A stretch of DNA of 32,000 nt from Acaryochloris marina MBIC11017. Its GTDB lineage: Bacteria > Cyanobacteriota > Cyanobacteriia > Thermosynechococcales > Thermosynechococcaceae. This document shows positions 7,532 to 17,308 of the stretch, in pieces. The notes under the pieces were generated by a model. The model worked only from the letters and a program-made list of their open reading frames with translations. It made no database searches and was not told the DNA's origin. How positions within the stretch are numbered: position 1 is the first letter of the stretch; every line of letters starts with the position of its first letter. The translations under genes and the position numbers were made by a program. The stretch covers positions 241,122-273,121 of the forward strand of contig NC_009928.1 in NCBI RefSeq assembly GCF_000018105.1, in the 5' to 3' direction.

Positions 7532-7738
7532 ATGAAACCCACCCAAGCCTTCTACAACGGAACTCCCATCGCCCCACCCTCAATCCATCTGACGACAGAA
7601 CAGAAGATGGATCTGCTGGACTGGCATCCGATTTTCACGGGACGGTGCCCGAACTGTGAGAGGCCGATCAGGGAAACAACGCCACCGAGGAGTCACTGGG
7701 ACTGTGCGGAGTGTGGATGGAGGGAGGATTTGGCGTGA
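7532..7738 (+). CDS. Small zinc-ribbon-like protein (68 aa)
   Basis: MKPTQAFYNGTPIAPP... followed by CPNC...(17 aa)...CAEC, two CxxC pairs. The internal ATG 7532 is preferred because the N-terminus and upstream DNA are paralogous to 3606-3725. The track ORF starts at 7439, inside repeat copy D. Confidence 0.55.
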   Translation: MKPTQAFYNGTPIAPPSIHLTTEQKMDLLDWHPIFTGRCPNCERPIRETTPPRSHWDCAECGWREDLA

Positions 7739-8006
7739 TTAGTTTTCATGCTTCAACTCCTTCTTTAATCTCCCGACCCTGACAGTAAAGAGGACCGCTG
7801 ATCTCCAAATCTGGGATATCCTCGGCGCTCAGCAAAGATATTCGCTATTCATCCCGTTTAGATCATTCACTTTAGAGTTCTGCCTCTCTCATGAGCTAAA
7901 ACGTTTAAAGTCTGGACACTCGCTGAGGGTTGCAATTCTGTACGCACGGTCAAACTTTTTCAAGTTTCTCCGGCAAAGTCGGGGGGTTACCAATCATTAA
8001 TTAGTT

Positions 8007-8036
8007 TTGCGTATTTACCCGTTGCGTATTTACCCG
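8007..8036 (+). promoter_or_regulatory. Perfect 15-bp tandem direct repeat upstream of the response-regulator gene (candidate operator)
   Basis: ttgcgtatttacccg occurs twice back to back (8007-8021, 8022-8036), 54 nt before ATG 8090. Confidence 0.45.
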
Positions 8037-8089
8037 TAAAGATATGATGACCCCATTGAGGTGTTTAATTTACGACCCAAACCCTTCTA

Positions 8090-9805
8090 ATGTCTGACTG
8101 TCAAACGTTACTTGATTTTGCCGATCAGTTGATTGAATCCAATACAGGCGCAGTGCTGAGTCAGATACAACGTTTAGTGCTGATGGAGGCATTAACCCTC
8201 CGGGCAAAAGCCAAGACCTATGACCAGGTGGCATCTGAGACAGGTTACTCCAGTGGCTACATTAAAGCAATAGCCGCTGAACTGTGGAAATTGCTGTCAA
8301 AAGTCAGTGGCAAAAAGGTCACCAAAGGTAATGTCCAAACGATGTTGCAACAGCAGCTAAAGCATGAGCCATCACTACTGCAGGATGGGCGCTTGGTGGT
8401 TGAGACAGGGATGCTCCCAAACCGACAGCCAATTATCCCTAAAGCAACGGACGTGACGGCGGTGGTGACGGCGGCTAAAGCGACTGAAATTAAGGAGACT
8501 AACGGTAACAAGACTGACGTTAATCAAGCCGAAGTTAAGGAGAAGGCGACGGTTATACCATCCGTTATTCTGGTGGTGGATGACCAGCCTAATATCATGA
8601 ACCTACTCACCAGCATTATGGAACAGGATGAGTATGAGGTCTGGCAGGCCAGCAGTGGGGCGGAGGGGTTGCAAATGGCCGCGAAGGTGCTGCCGGATTT
8701 GATTTTGCTGGATGTCAACATGCCTGATATGGATGGTTATACCGTCTGCCAGCAGCTCAAGGCAGACCCACAGACTACCGCCATTCCCATTATTTTTGTC
8801 AGCGCCCTGGATGAAACCTGGGATAAGGTGAAAGGGTTTTCCGTCGGTGGCAGTGACTACATTACCAAACCCTTTAACACCCTAGAGGTGATTGTTCGCA
8901 TTGAGGATCAACTGAAAATTCGCCAGATCCAAGACCAAATGCTGAAGGCGGATCAAGCGCCAACTGATTCTCCTCAATCGAAGCCATCTTCCGCCAAAGC
9001 CGTCATTCTAATGGCGGATGATGAACCCAAGAACTTAGCCCTGCTGACGGATGTATTAGAGCAGGAAGGGTATGAAATCTGGCAGGCGGATAGTGGTGCG
9101 GAGGCGTTAAGGGTGGCCGGCATGGTGCTACCGGATCTGATTCTGCTGGATATCAATATGCCCGATATGCAAGGCTACGATGTGTGTCAACAACTGAAAG
9201 CAAACGCTAAAACCAAACTAATTCCGGTGATTTTTGTCAGCGCCCTGGATGAAACCTGGGATAAGGTGAAGGCATTTTCTGTGGGAGGCAGTGACTACAT
9301 CACCAAACCCTTTAACACCCTAGAGGTGATTGTTCGCATTGAGAATCAACTGGAAATTCGCCAGATCCAAGACCAAATGCTGAAGGCGGATCAAGCGCCA
9401 ACTGATTCTCCTCAACCGACGCCATCTTCCGCCAAAGCCGTCATTCTGATGGTGGATGATGAACCTAAGAATTTAGCCCTGCTGACGGATGTATTAGAGC
9501 ATGATGGGTATGAAATCTGGCAGGCGGATAGTGGTTCGGAGGCGTTAAGGGTGGCCGGCATGGTGCTACCGGATCTGATTCTGCTGGATATCAATATGCC
9601 CGATATGCAAGGCTACGATGTGTGTCAACAACTGAAAGCAAACGCTAAAACCAAACTAATTCCGGTGATTTTTGTCAGCGCCCTGGATGAAACCTGGGAT
9701 AAGGTGAAGGCATTTTCTGTGGGGGGCAGTGATTACATTAATAAGCCGATTCAGATCGTTGAATTAATGGCTCGGATGAAGCATCAACTGCAAATTTGGC
9801 ACTAA
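8090..9805 (+). CDS. Multi-receiver response regulator: N-terminal HTH-like module plus three CheY-like REC domains
   Basis: The N-terminal 85 aa or so (...IQRLVLMEALTLRAKAKTYDQVASETGYSSGYIKAIAAELWKLLSKVSGKKVTKGN...) resembles the HTH-like module seen at N-termini of many cyanobacterial signalling proteins. Three receivers follow, each with a DD pair, an acceptor Asp in LLD(V/I)NMPDM, and a (T/N)KP lysine. Confidence 0.9.
   Translation: MSDCQTLLDFADQLIESNTGAVLSQIQRLVLMEALTLRAKAKTYDQVASETGYSSGYIKAIAAELWKLLSKVSGKKVTKGNVQTMLQQQLKHEPSLLQDGRLVVETGMLPNRQPIIPKATDVTAVVTAAKATEIKETNGNKTDVNQAEVKEKATVIPSVILVVDDQPNIMNLLTSIMEQDEYEVWQASSGAEGLQMAAKVLPDLILLDVNMPDMDGYTVCQQLKADPQTTAIPIIFVSALDETWDKVKGFSVGGSDYITKPFNTLEVIVRIEDQLKIRQIQDQMLKADQAPTDSPQSKPSSAKAVILMADDEPKNLALLTDVLEQEGYEIWQADSGAEALRVAGMVLPDLILLDINMPDMQGYDVCQQLKANAKTKLIPVIFVSALDETWDKVKAFSVGGSDYITKPFNTLEVIVRIENQLEIRQIQDQMLKADQAPTDSPQPTPSSAKAVILMVDDEPKNLALLTDVLEHDGYEIWQADSGSEALRVAGMVLPDLILLDINMPDMQGYDVCQQLKANAKTKLIPVIFVSALDETWDKVKAFSVGGSDYINKPIQIVELMARMKHQLQIWH
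8793..9740 (+). repeat. 438-bp in-frame tandem duplication (about 2.2 units) inside the response-regulator gene
   Basis: tttttgtcagcgccctggatgaaacctgggataaggtgaa recurs at 8793, 9231 and 9669. By eye, units 2 and 3 are identical for about 185 nt (about 9101-9290 vs 9539-9728), with only scattered differences elsewhere. Confidence 0.9.
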
Positions 9806-9895
9806 AAATTTAACGAGATGACGATGCAACGCCACTCAGCCAGGGATCTCAAACTGACAAAACCGATGGCAAATTTAGCATGAAGGAATCATCAG

Positions 9896-12640
9896 ATGAA
9901 CCCCAAAACACCTTCGCTTTCCCTCCGTTGGGTTCTCATCATTCCATTCGTTGTGCAAATTTTTGCTGCCGTGGGAGTGGTCGGTTATTTTTCATACCGT
10001 AGCGGGCAGCGAGCGGTAGAAGATGTGGTGAATCAGCTCCAAAATGAGATTAGCGATCGCATTACCGAACGCCTCGATACATATTTACGCACGCCGAGCC
10101 TTGTGGCTGACAATTTGTCACTAGCCATCCAAACCCGAGAACTGGATATCAACCAAATCAATCGAGATTGGGAGCTTTATCTTTGGCGACATATTAATCT
10201 ATACGACAACGTTAAAGGCGTTTATGTTGCCACCGAAGATTTGCAATACAGGCACATCATTTCTCAGGAAGAAGGGCTGGTGATGGAGCTCTTCTCTTTA
10301 GAGGATCAGTTCCTCCGTTATTATTTAGTCGATCCCAAGGGCAGTGTTACCGATGAACTCATAGAAGTTCTGGAAAAAGAGTTCAAGCCACGCTCTCGTC
10401 CTTGGTACACGGCCCCCAAGCAGGCTGGTAAAGCGACATGGACCCCGATTTTTATTTGGGTTCAAGGGGATACGATGAGCGTCGATTTTGCAACCCCGGT
10501 TTATGGTCCATCGCAACAATTCGAAGGGGTGGTGGGAACCAGCTTTTCATTGTCGAATATCAGTGATTATCTTGCCACACTTAAAATTGCTGAATCTGGC
10601 GAGGCATTTATCCTCGAACGCTCTGGCGCAGTCGTCGCCACCTCCACTGGAGAAAAACCCCATGGGATCGATCTCGACAGTCAAACAGTTGCGCGATTGA
10701 ATGCTATAGATAGTCAAAATACTCTGATGCGCCAAACGACTCAATATCTCTTCGATCGCTTTGGCAGCTTAGAGAATATCAACTCCCTCACTCAAGATCG
10801 CTATAAAATTGAGGGTCGCCAATATTTCTTAAAGGTTGAATCTTATCGTGACAATTTAGGTTTAGATTGGCTGATTGCCATTGTCATCCCTGAATCGGAT
10901 TTTATGGCCCAAATCTACGCCAACATTCGCACGACCCTGGCCCTTTGCCTGGGGGCATTGGGCATTGCTACCTTTTTGGGCATCCTTACCTCTCGTTGGA
11001 TTTTGCAACCGATTTTACGCTTACAAATCGCCTCCAACAGCTTGGCGGCTGGGCAACTGGACCAAGCCATTGAGGTTAAAGGCATCCATGAACTCTCTAG
11101 TCTCGGCAGCGCTTTCAACAGCATGGCGAGACAATTGCAAGAATCGTTTCAAGCCTTAGAAGACAACAATGCAAAGCTGGATCAACGGGTGCAACAACGA
11201 ACCGCCGAGCTGAAAGTCGCCAAAGAAAAAGCCGAAGTGGCGAACCAGGCCAAAAGTCTGTTTATTGCCAATATGAGCCACGAACTGCGCACCCCCCTCA
11301 ATGGCATTTTGGGCTATGCCCAGGTGTTGGAGCGATCGCCCACTATCTCTGATAAAGCGCAGCAGCAAGTCCACATCATTCATAAGTGTGGCACCCATTT
11401 GTTGGGCATGATTAACGACATTTTGGACCTGTCTAAGATTGAAGCGGGCAAACTCGACCTGATGCCCAAACCCGTCCATCTGACCTCCTGCTTACAGGGG
11501 GTTGCCGAAGCCTGCCGGGTGCGGGCCGCCCAAAAGGGACTGGAGTTTGTCTATGCCGTTGACCCAGGGTTGCCCGAGGGGGTGGAACTGGATGAACAAC
11601 GGCTGCGACAGGTGCTGTTCAACCTGTTGAGCAATGCCATTAAATTCACCCAGCAGGGCACCGTGACCTTGCAGGTGTCGGTCGCTGAGGTAACCCGATC
11701 CGATTATCGGCGACTGCGTTTTGGGGTAACCGATACCGGCGTGGGCATTGCCCCAGCCCATCTGGATCAGCTATTTAATGCCTTTGTGCAAGTGGGCGAT
11801 CGCCAAAAGCAAGCTGAAGGCACCGGGCTCGGCCTCGCTATCAGCCGCCGACTTGTGCAATTGATGGGCTCACAGATTGAAGTGCAAAGCGCAGTGGGAC
11901 AAGGCAGCCAATTTAGCTTTGAACTCGAAGTGCCATTGGCTACCGAATGGGAGCTATCTCCCAGTACCCTACAGAACCACGCTATTATTGGCTATGCCGG
12001 TGAACGGCGGCGTGTGTTGGTGGTGGATGACCGCTGGGACAACCGCAGTGTTTTGGTCAGTCTCTTGCAGCCCATTGGCTTTGAAATCGTGGAAGCGGAG
12101 GAGGGGCAGCAGGCCCTGGCTGTGCTCCAACAGCAGCCCTTTCATCTCATGATTACTGATTTGGCTATGCCCGTGATGGATGGGTTTGAGTTGCTCCGGC
12201 AGGTACAACAGTTGCCCATACGCCCCCCCAAAATGCTTGTGTCTTCGGCCTATGTTTCTAAGCAGGAACAGGAACTGGCGATGGCCGCAGGGGCAGATGC
12301 GCTGCTGCCAAAGCCCGTTGATGCGGCCAAGCTGTTTGAGCTTTTGGCGCGTGAGCTAGGGTTGGAGTGGCAATATGTGGGGAATGAGGCCCCTCAGGAC
12401 ATTACCTCTGCACCCGCAGCGGCAATTACCCTGCCGTCCCGAGAGCGGTTGCGATCAATGTATGACGCGGCGGATGCGGGGGACTTTCGCATGGTTCGCC
12501 GACAGTTGGAGCAGCTGATGGCGACGAACCCAGAGTATGAGGGGTTTGTAAGGCCGCTGCTAGCGTTGGCGAAGAAGCTGAAGACGGATGAGATTAAGGG
12601 GATGCTGGCGCAGTATGTCGATGATGAAGCGTCGGGATAA
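9896..12640 (+). CDS. Hybrid sensor histidine kinase (TM, Cache-like, TM, HAMP, HisKA, HATPase_c, REC, helical tail)
   Basis: TM helix [20 protein letters not shown]. Extracytoplasmic region with SRPWYTAPK (Cache-like). Second TM plus HAMP. H-box [20 protein letters not shown]-box [11 protein letters not shown]1 DTGVGI, G2 GTGLGLAI. Receiver VLVVDD...[11 protein letters not shown]...LPKP. Three HIP1 sites lie inside the gene. Confidence 0.95.
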   Translation: MNPKTPSLSLRWVLIIPFVVQIFAAVGVVGYFSYRSGQRAVEDVVNQLQNEISDRITERLDTYLRTPSLVADNLSLAIQTRELDINQINRDWELYLWRHINLYDNVKGVYVATEDLQYRHIISQEEGLVMELFSLEDQFLRYYLVDPKGSVTDELIEVLEKEFKPRSRPWYTAPKQAGKATWTPIFIWVQGDTMSVDFATPVYGPSQQFEGVVGTSFSLSNISDYLATLKIAESGEAFILERSGAVVATSTGEKPHGIDLDSQTVARLNAIDSQNTLMRQTTQYLFDRFGSLENINSLTQDRYKIEGRQYFLKVESYRDNLGLDWLIAIVIPESDFMAQIYANIRTTLALCLGALGIATFLGILTSRWILQPILRLQIASNSLAAGQLDQAIEVKGIHELSSLGSAFNSMARQLQESFQALEDNNAKLDQRVQQRTAELKVAKEKAEVANQAKSLFIANMSHELRTPLNGILGYAQVLERSPTISDKAQQQVHIIHKCGTHLLGMINDILDLSKIEAGKLDLMPKPVHLTSCLQGVAEACRVRAAQKGLEFVYAVDPGLPEGVELDEQRLRQVLFNLLSNAIKFTQQGTVTLQVSVAEVTRSDYRRLRFGVTDTGVGIAPAHLDQLFNAFVQVGDRQKQAEGTGLGLAISRRLVQLMGSQIEVQSAVGQGSQFSFELEVPLATEWELSPSTLQNHAIIGYAGERRRVLVVDDRWDNRSVLVSLLQPIGFEIVEAEEGQQALAVLQQQPFHLMITDLAMPVMDGFELLRQVQQLPIRPPKMLVSSAYVSKQEQELAMAAGADALLPKPVDAAKLFELLARELGLEWQYVGNEAPQDITSAPAAAITLPSRERLRSMYDAADAGDFRMVRRQLEQLMATNPEYEGFVRPLLALAKKLKTDEIKGMLAQYVDDEASG

Positions 12641-12667
12641 GGGATCTGCGGTACAAGTTGACAAAAT

Positions 12668-12717
12668 CTTACTTTTTCTAACTCCGTCACTGAAGTAATG
12701 AAGTTAGAAAAAGTAAG
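12668..12717 (+). terminator. Perfect 15-bp stem-loop downstream of the kinase gene (possible terminator, no U-tract)
   Basis: cttactttttctaac (12668-12682) pairs with gttagaaaaagtaag (12703-12717). The loop is 20 nt. It lies 28 nt after the stop at 12640. Confidence 0.4.
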
Positions 12718-13074
12718 GTGGGTCGGCTGTGTAACGCCTCGTAAACAAAACCCGTTAATTTCGCTTCAACTAATTAGGTTTTAAATCCATTTTTGATGGG
12801 GAAACCAACTGGATAATGCTGATTTGTGATTTGAATCACGTCTAGAAAAAGACTAGATCACAAGAAGAAAGAAAGTCTTTCGAACCTGGCTTTTTGCATC
12901 ACTAAATCTAACTTTTTCGGTATTTCGCCTTATTGAAAAGTTGACGATAGTGGGTTCAACAGCACGGGACATTAAATCCCACAGCCAGTCTCAACAAATC
13001 TGAGGTGCCGATCTAAATACTGGTTGGTATCAAGAGCAAGAAGCTCAACTTACCCACAAAAAGGAGCAAGGACA

Positions 13075-15906
13075 ATGACTATTGAAGCAAGATATGACAT
13101 CGACCCCGACCTAACTGGAATCTCTCGTATTACTGATGATTCTCCCATTCAGTTCCTATCGAATCGCCTCGATCATTGGAAGGGATTGAAACATTATCGA
13201 TTTGACTTAACCGTTCGCAATTCTTACCAGTTTGCTACTGCACCTAATCATGATGGCAAGCACGGTGGTTCGCTAGAACTCACCAGATTTAATAAGAAGT
13301 GGACTAATCAGAAACAGGACTACTATCAGTATAAAACCCTCTTTGGTACTGATTCAAGAGACGTTATTTACGAAACCCAAGACTATAGATACTTGGGGGG
13401 TTGGGGTGAATACCTTGACGAAACATTGAAACCTGTTTCACAAAACATATACGGTGGTGGCGGTAATGACACCATTATTGCTCATGATTTGCAAGGTTAT
13501 AGCGACAGCGTAAAGAGTTATTTAAACGGTGATCCAAGTAGTATTAATCAATTTCATGGTGAAGCTGGAAATGACATTTTGAAAGGTAACGCGTTCCAGA
13601 ACCTCCTGTATGGAGGGACTGGCAACGATACGCTAGATGGTGGCGGAGGCGATGATTTTCTCTCAGGCAATGAAGATAATGACAAACTATGGGGTGGAGA
13701 TGGAGAAGATCAACTCTTTGGCGGAATAGGAAATGACATTCTGGTTGGTGGAGACGGATACGATGAAATAGACGCTGGTGATGGTGATGACACGATTTTT
13801 CTGGATGTTCCAATTGAGGGTAACAATAAGGGTGACTATGTAATTGGTGGAACAGGTGCTGACACCTTCGTCATTGGTGGCACGACAATGACTACTACTA
13901 CTACCACCACCACCACACCCTATGACTGGAAGGGGACAGGTTTAGGTGCCACTACTGATGTAATGGGTGCTGTCATTGATGGTACTGGTTTAGGTGTCGC
14001 CTCGAAAGTTACCAAAGGTGTTGTTGGTGCTGTTATTGATATTTTTAAGGGTGCTGAAAGCAAAAATGTTGAAACAACCACAGTGGAATCAGTACCTGGC
14101 AACATAGCAACAGGAAATTATATCCAAATCACTGATTTTAATCCTAGAGAAGATGTCATTGTTATTCCTATAAGTGCTGAACTGTCTAATGTTGGGCGTA
14201 CTATCACAGATGATAATTTGCGTACGCTAGAACTCTACTACAAAGACAGCGGGCGAGTTTTTGCCGAAATCAAGCTTGAAGAACTCTATAAACTTTACAA
14301 CAACGACGAAGTTGCTCTGAATATCAACAACCGTGATGAGTTGGAGAGCGTTTGGGAATCTGTTCTAGACAGCTCACTCTATCTTGGTACATATGATGCC
14401 AATGACTCTAGTCCCACCATTAAGTTAGGTACAACAACAGAAAACTTTAAAAATGCTGATGGCAGTCTTACCGAAATCAAAACCACTGTATCTGAGCTAG
14501 ATGCTAACTACATGGTTATTGGCGCTTATGCAGGAGCTAATATTCTTACTTCAGGTAAGGACGATGATCTCTGGGGAACTGACTATAATGACGTTCTCGT
14601 AGCCTATCCCACAGCTTCCAATAAAGAACCTCAGCATAATGAGATCAATAAGCTATACGGTTTCAACGGGGATGACATTTTAGCTGGTGGTGCTGGTGCC
14701 GATTATTACTTTGGTGGTGACGGTACTGATATTGTGTCTTATGCTGACGATAGATTTGACGATAACGATTCTAATGGCATCACAGTTAATCTTGCAGACT
14801 CGCTTGAAGGAAATAAAGAAGACTATGCCTACTTAGACCCTGAAAGTGAAAAAGCAATTTTTTCTTGGGCTTGGGATGTTTATGCAGATCCTCTGGACCC
14901 AGATCAGGCTGACAAGCTATTCAGTATTGAGGGCATTATTGGTTCCAAATGGGATGACAGTATTAAAGGAGATAAGTGGAACAACATATTCAATGGTGGT
15001 GACGGAAATGACACCCTAGAGGGTGGCGCCGGAAATGATACTCTCATTGGTGGTGAGGGTGAGGATACCCTAGAGGGTGGCGGCGGAAATGATACCCTCA
15101 TTGGTGGTGCTGGTAGCGATACTCTAATCGGCGATGTTGTTGCTGGTAACGATACTCTAATCGTCGATGCTGGTGCAGATACTTTTGTGTTAGATACCAC
15201 TGAAGGTGGCATCGACACGATCAGAGGCTTTAGCCTTGCAGAAAATGATGTGCTCTTGATTGACAATAAGAGCCTAGGTACTAGTCATGCGAAAGCCCGG
15301 AACTTGAATGGAATGCTCTCCGCTACGGGCCTTAAGCTTCAGTTAGGCAACGTAGGAATTGCGACTATCGAAAACGTCGATAGCTCTAACGTTCATCGAG
15401 TGCTGGGTCGTGTCGAATTCACCACTAGCTCACACATCAACACACCACTTGGCCTCGGCGATGATTTGCTGGCAACAGGTGACGGCAATGATAGGCTCAC
15501 GGGAGGATCGGGTGACGACCTTCTCAGTGGTGGTGCTGGAAATGACACTCTGCTAGGCGGCACGCACAAAGACCTTTTACTGGGTGGTCGTGGGGATGAT
15601 TTACTCGACGGGGGAAAGGGCATTGACCGTCTCTATGGCGGCAGTGGTGCGGACACCTTCGTCATCAACAACACGGTATCAGGCCTCAACAAGAGATCAG
15701 GCATCGATGTTATCCAAGACTTCAGTGTGGATGAATTCGATCACATTCAGATTGATGCTTCTGTCTTCGGTATCGGGATTAACGATCACCATTTAGTTCA
15801 GCTTGGCAATGACAGTTTCTTACGAGTGAACAACAGAAAAATTGCACAGCTTACCGGTGTGGATGTGAATACTTTCGTCACCGACGAACATGTTAACTTG
15901 GTCTAA
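13075..15906 (+). CDS. Large RTX-type calcium-binding repeat protein (probable T1SS substrate)
   Basis: Three blocks of hemolysin-type nonapeptides GGxGxDxUx, for example GGTGNDTLDGGGGDDFLSGNEDNDKLWGGDGEDQLFGGIGNDILVGGDGYDEIDAGDGDD, GGDGNDTLEGGAGNDTLIGGEGEDTLEGGGGNDTLIGGAGSDTL and GGSGDDLLSGGAGNDTLLGG. No N-terminal signal peptide. AAGGAG lies 8 nt upstream of ATG 13075; the track start at 13024 is a TTG. Confidence 0.9.
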   Translation: MTIEARYDIDPDLTGISRITDDSPIQFLSNRLDHWKGLKHYRFDLTVRNSYQFATAPNHDGKHGGSLELTRFNKKWTNQKQDYYQYKTLFGTDSRDVIYETQDYRYLGGWGEYLDETLKPVSQNIYGGGGNDTIIAHDLQGYSDSVKSYLNGDPSSINQFHGEAGNDILKGNAFQNLLYGGTGNDTLDGGGGDDFLSGNEDNDKLWGGDGEDQLFGGIGNDILVGGDGYDEIDAGDGDDTIFLDVPIEGNNKGDYVIGGTGADTFVIGGTTMTTTTTTTTTPYDWKGTGLGATTDVMGAVIDGTGLGVASKVTKGVVGAVIDIFKGAESKNVETTTVESVPGNIATGNYIQITDFNPREDVIVIPISAELSNVGRTITDDNLRTLELYYKDSGRVFAEIKLEELYKLYNNDEVALNINNRDELESVWESVLDSSLYLGTYDANDSSPTIKLGTTTENFKNADGSLTEIKTTVSELDANYMVIGAYAGANILTSGKDDDLWGTDYNDVLVAYPTASNKEPQHNEINKLYGFNGDDILAGGAGADYYFGGDGTDIVSYADDRFDDNDSNGITVNLADSLEGNKEDYAYLDPESEKAIFSWAWDVYADPLDPDQADKLFSIEGIIGSKWDDSIKGDKWNNIFNGGDGNDTLEGGAGNDTLIGGEGEDTLEGGGGNDTLIGGAGSDTLIGDVVAGNDTLIVDAGADTFVLDTTEGGIDTIRGFSLAENDVLLIDNKSLGTSHAKARNLNGMLSATGLKLQLGNVGIATIENVDSSNVHRVLGRVEFTTSSHINTPLGLGDDLLATGDGNDRLTGGSGDDLLSGGAGNDTLLGGTHKDLLLGGRGDDLLDGGKGIDRLYGGSGADTFVINNTVSGLNKRSGIDVIQDFSVDEFDHIQIDASVFGIGINDHHLVQLGNDSFLRVNNRKIAQLTGVDVNTFVTDEHVNLV

Positions 15907-16011
15907 TCCCAAGGGGGTGGGTGTTGACCACCGCATTGGAAACGCAATAAACCAGGCAGTACCCACTAATTACTTGAATGTTCATTCCCTAGCAATGACT
16001 GTATAAAAAGA

Positions 16012-16040
16012 GCGATCACGGTTGGCCAAACTGTGATCGC
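16012..16040. terminator. 8-bp stem-loop between the convergent RTX and 286-aa genes
   Basis: GCGATCAC (16012-16019) pairs with GTGATCGC (16033-16040). The loop is 13 nt. Confidence 0.35.
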
Positions 16041-16050
16041 ATTCCCAGTC

Positions 16051-16911
16051 TCACCCCCCGTCGTCCATCCCGTTATTGCCTCTACTGACATCCCAGAAGA
16101 AAGTGGCACGTCTCAAGCCAATGACACCCGCTCCACAACAAGCGAGCACTAGCGAACCGTGATGAAGAGCATCATTGGCATCGGGCTTATGGATAAGAGC
16201 TTCAGACAAGATGTAATAGGCGTCGAGTCTTGCTTGAGCATAGGTTTTGGTTGTTGTGACACAGGCCAGCTTGCTTTTTAAGTAGCAGTATTTATGGTTT
16301 ATCCAGAATATATTTGGATTGGGAGGCACCTTAGTAACTTTTCCTGACGCCACTTCCTCAATCACAGGCATTTGACATCCTCCATTACTTGGGTTCGCAA
16401 CCAAGGATCCTTTTGGGGTGTTGACGTATCTTTCGTAATTGTCTAATCCGTGAAGCGTCATGGCATGAACTTCAAGGGCCAAACCAGGCTTATACCGTCG
16501 GTGGTTAATACCTGCCATTAATTCAGGGTTTAACAGGCAATCTGCAAGGTCGGTGTAGGTCTCTTCATCTGAGAAAAACAGATGCTTCCAATTCCAAACG
16601 TCGTACAGATCTATCTCGTCTAGTTCTGTTTCTGGGTCCACATTTGGCTGATGTGTTGCACCATAATACTTCTGCAATAGGTAGCAAACATGCTCTGAAA
16701 ATATGGCTTCTTCTAGGTTTGGGAAGTCTTGAATTGCATTACGTCCGTATTCCCATGCGTCCCAATGGATTGAAAGGATATGCAAAATGGATTCAACTAA
16801 ATCAAGCTTAGTGCCGGGGAATGTAATGTTTGTTTCTGTTGGCTTATTAATGCGAGGGCCAAAAGTAATCCAGTAAACGGGGTTGCCCACGGGAGTAACT
16901 GCGGTTTTCAT
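16051..16911 (-). CDS. Hypothetical protein (286 aa)
   Basis: Long clean ORF. GAGGAA lies 6 nt upstream of the ATG. No family recognised. Confidence 0.75.
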   Translation of the reverse strand: MKTAVTPVGNPVYWITFGPRINKPTETNITFPGTKLDLVESILHILSIHWDAWEYGRNAIQDFPNLEEAIFSEHVCYLLQKYYGATHQPNVDPETELDEIDLYDVWNWKHLFFSDEETYTDLADCLLNPELMAGINHRRYKPGLALEVHAMTLHGLDNYERYVNTPKGSLVANPSNGGCQMPVIEEVASGKVTKVPPNPNIFWINHKYCYLKSKLACVTTTKTYAQARLDAYYILSEALIHKPDANDALHHGSLVLACCGAGVIGLRRATFFWDVSRGNNGMDDGG

Positions 16912-17019
16912 CGCTATTTCCTCAATTGGTTGATAGGTATGAAGTTGAGAATCTGGCTAGGTAATACAGATTCCGCGCGGATACTGAAAGTAGTGAGAGT
17001 TCAATCTTCCGTAGCTTTG

Positions 17020-17229
17020 CTAGTACCGCTGGACAATACCCACCCGTATACTCAAAGCCGTCTCAGACTCAGGTGGTATCAGCGGATTGAACTCACTTAA
17101 CCAGGACGCAACCCGGTCTAGGATCTGATCTGATGGCAGTCCTGTGCATGGGTCTGGGTGCTGACCGTAGTCGGTCTGGTGGTAGATCCAGGCTTGCTCG
17201 ATATAGCCGATAAAGGGGTTAGTCGTCAT
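17020..17229 (-). CDS. Hypothetical small protein (69 aa)
   Basis: ORF with GAGGA 8 nt upstream of the ATG. No family recognised. Confidence 0.55.
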   Translation of the reverse strand: MTTNPFIGYIEQAWIYHQTDYGQHPDPCTGLPSDQILDRVASWLSEFNPLIPPESETALSIRVGIVQRY

Positions 17230-17267
17230 TGGGGATCCTCGTTATAATTAAATGAAAGGATTTATTT

Positions 17268-17308
17268 ACGACCTCCTGGGCTGGGAAGATCAAGGAGGTC
17301 GTTTTATT
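17268..17308. other. 10-bp stem-loop (terminator- or attenuator-like) between the YlqD-like and 69-aa genes
   Basis: acgacctcct (17268-17277) pairs with aggaggtcgt (17293-17302). tttatt follows on the plus strand and taaataaat follows on the minus strand. Confidence 0.45.

Noticed and set aside
8257-9594. Antisense ORFs in the response-regulator gene, including the near-identical pair 8974..9156 and 9412..9594
   Set aside because: The pair only mirrors the 438-bp tandem duplication. The sense frame encodes canonical receiver domains.
10325-12690. Multiple 64-107-aa ORFs in alternative frames or antisense within the histidine kinase gene
   Set aside because: All lie within a 914-aa ORF that has a full set of kinase motifs. 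None has a motif or start context of its own.
13882-13920. The (ACT)4(ACC)4 trinucleotide run as a phase-variation switch
   Set aside because: Slippage of a trinucleotide repeat keeps the reading frame. At most it changes the length of the Thr linker and does not act as an on/off switch.
13544-15796. Several 60-120-aa ORFs inside or antisense to the RTX gene
   Set aside because: Their P/S/V-rich or H/R-rich translations are the expected by-product of reading GGxGxD repeats in other frames. The sense frame carries the unmistakable nonapeptide repeats.
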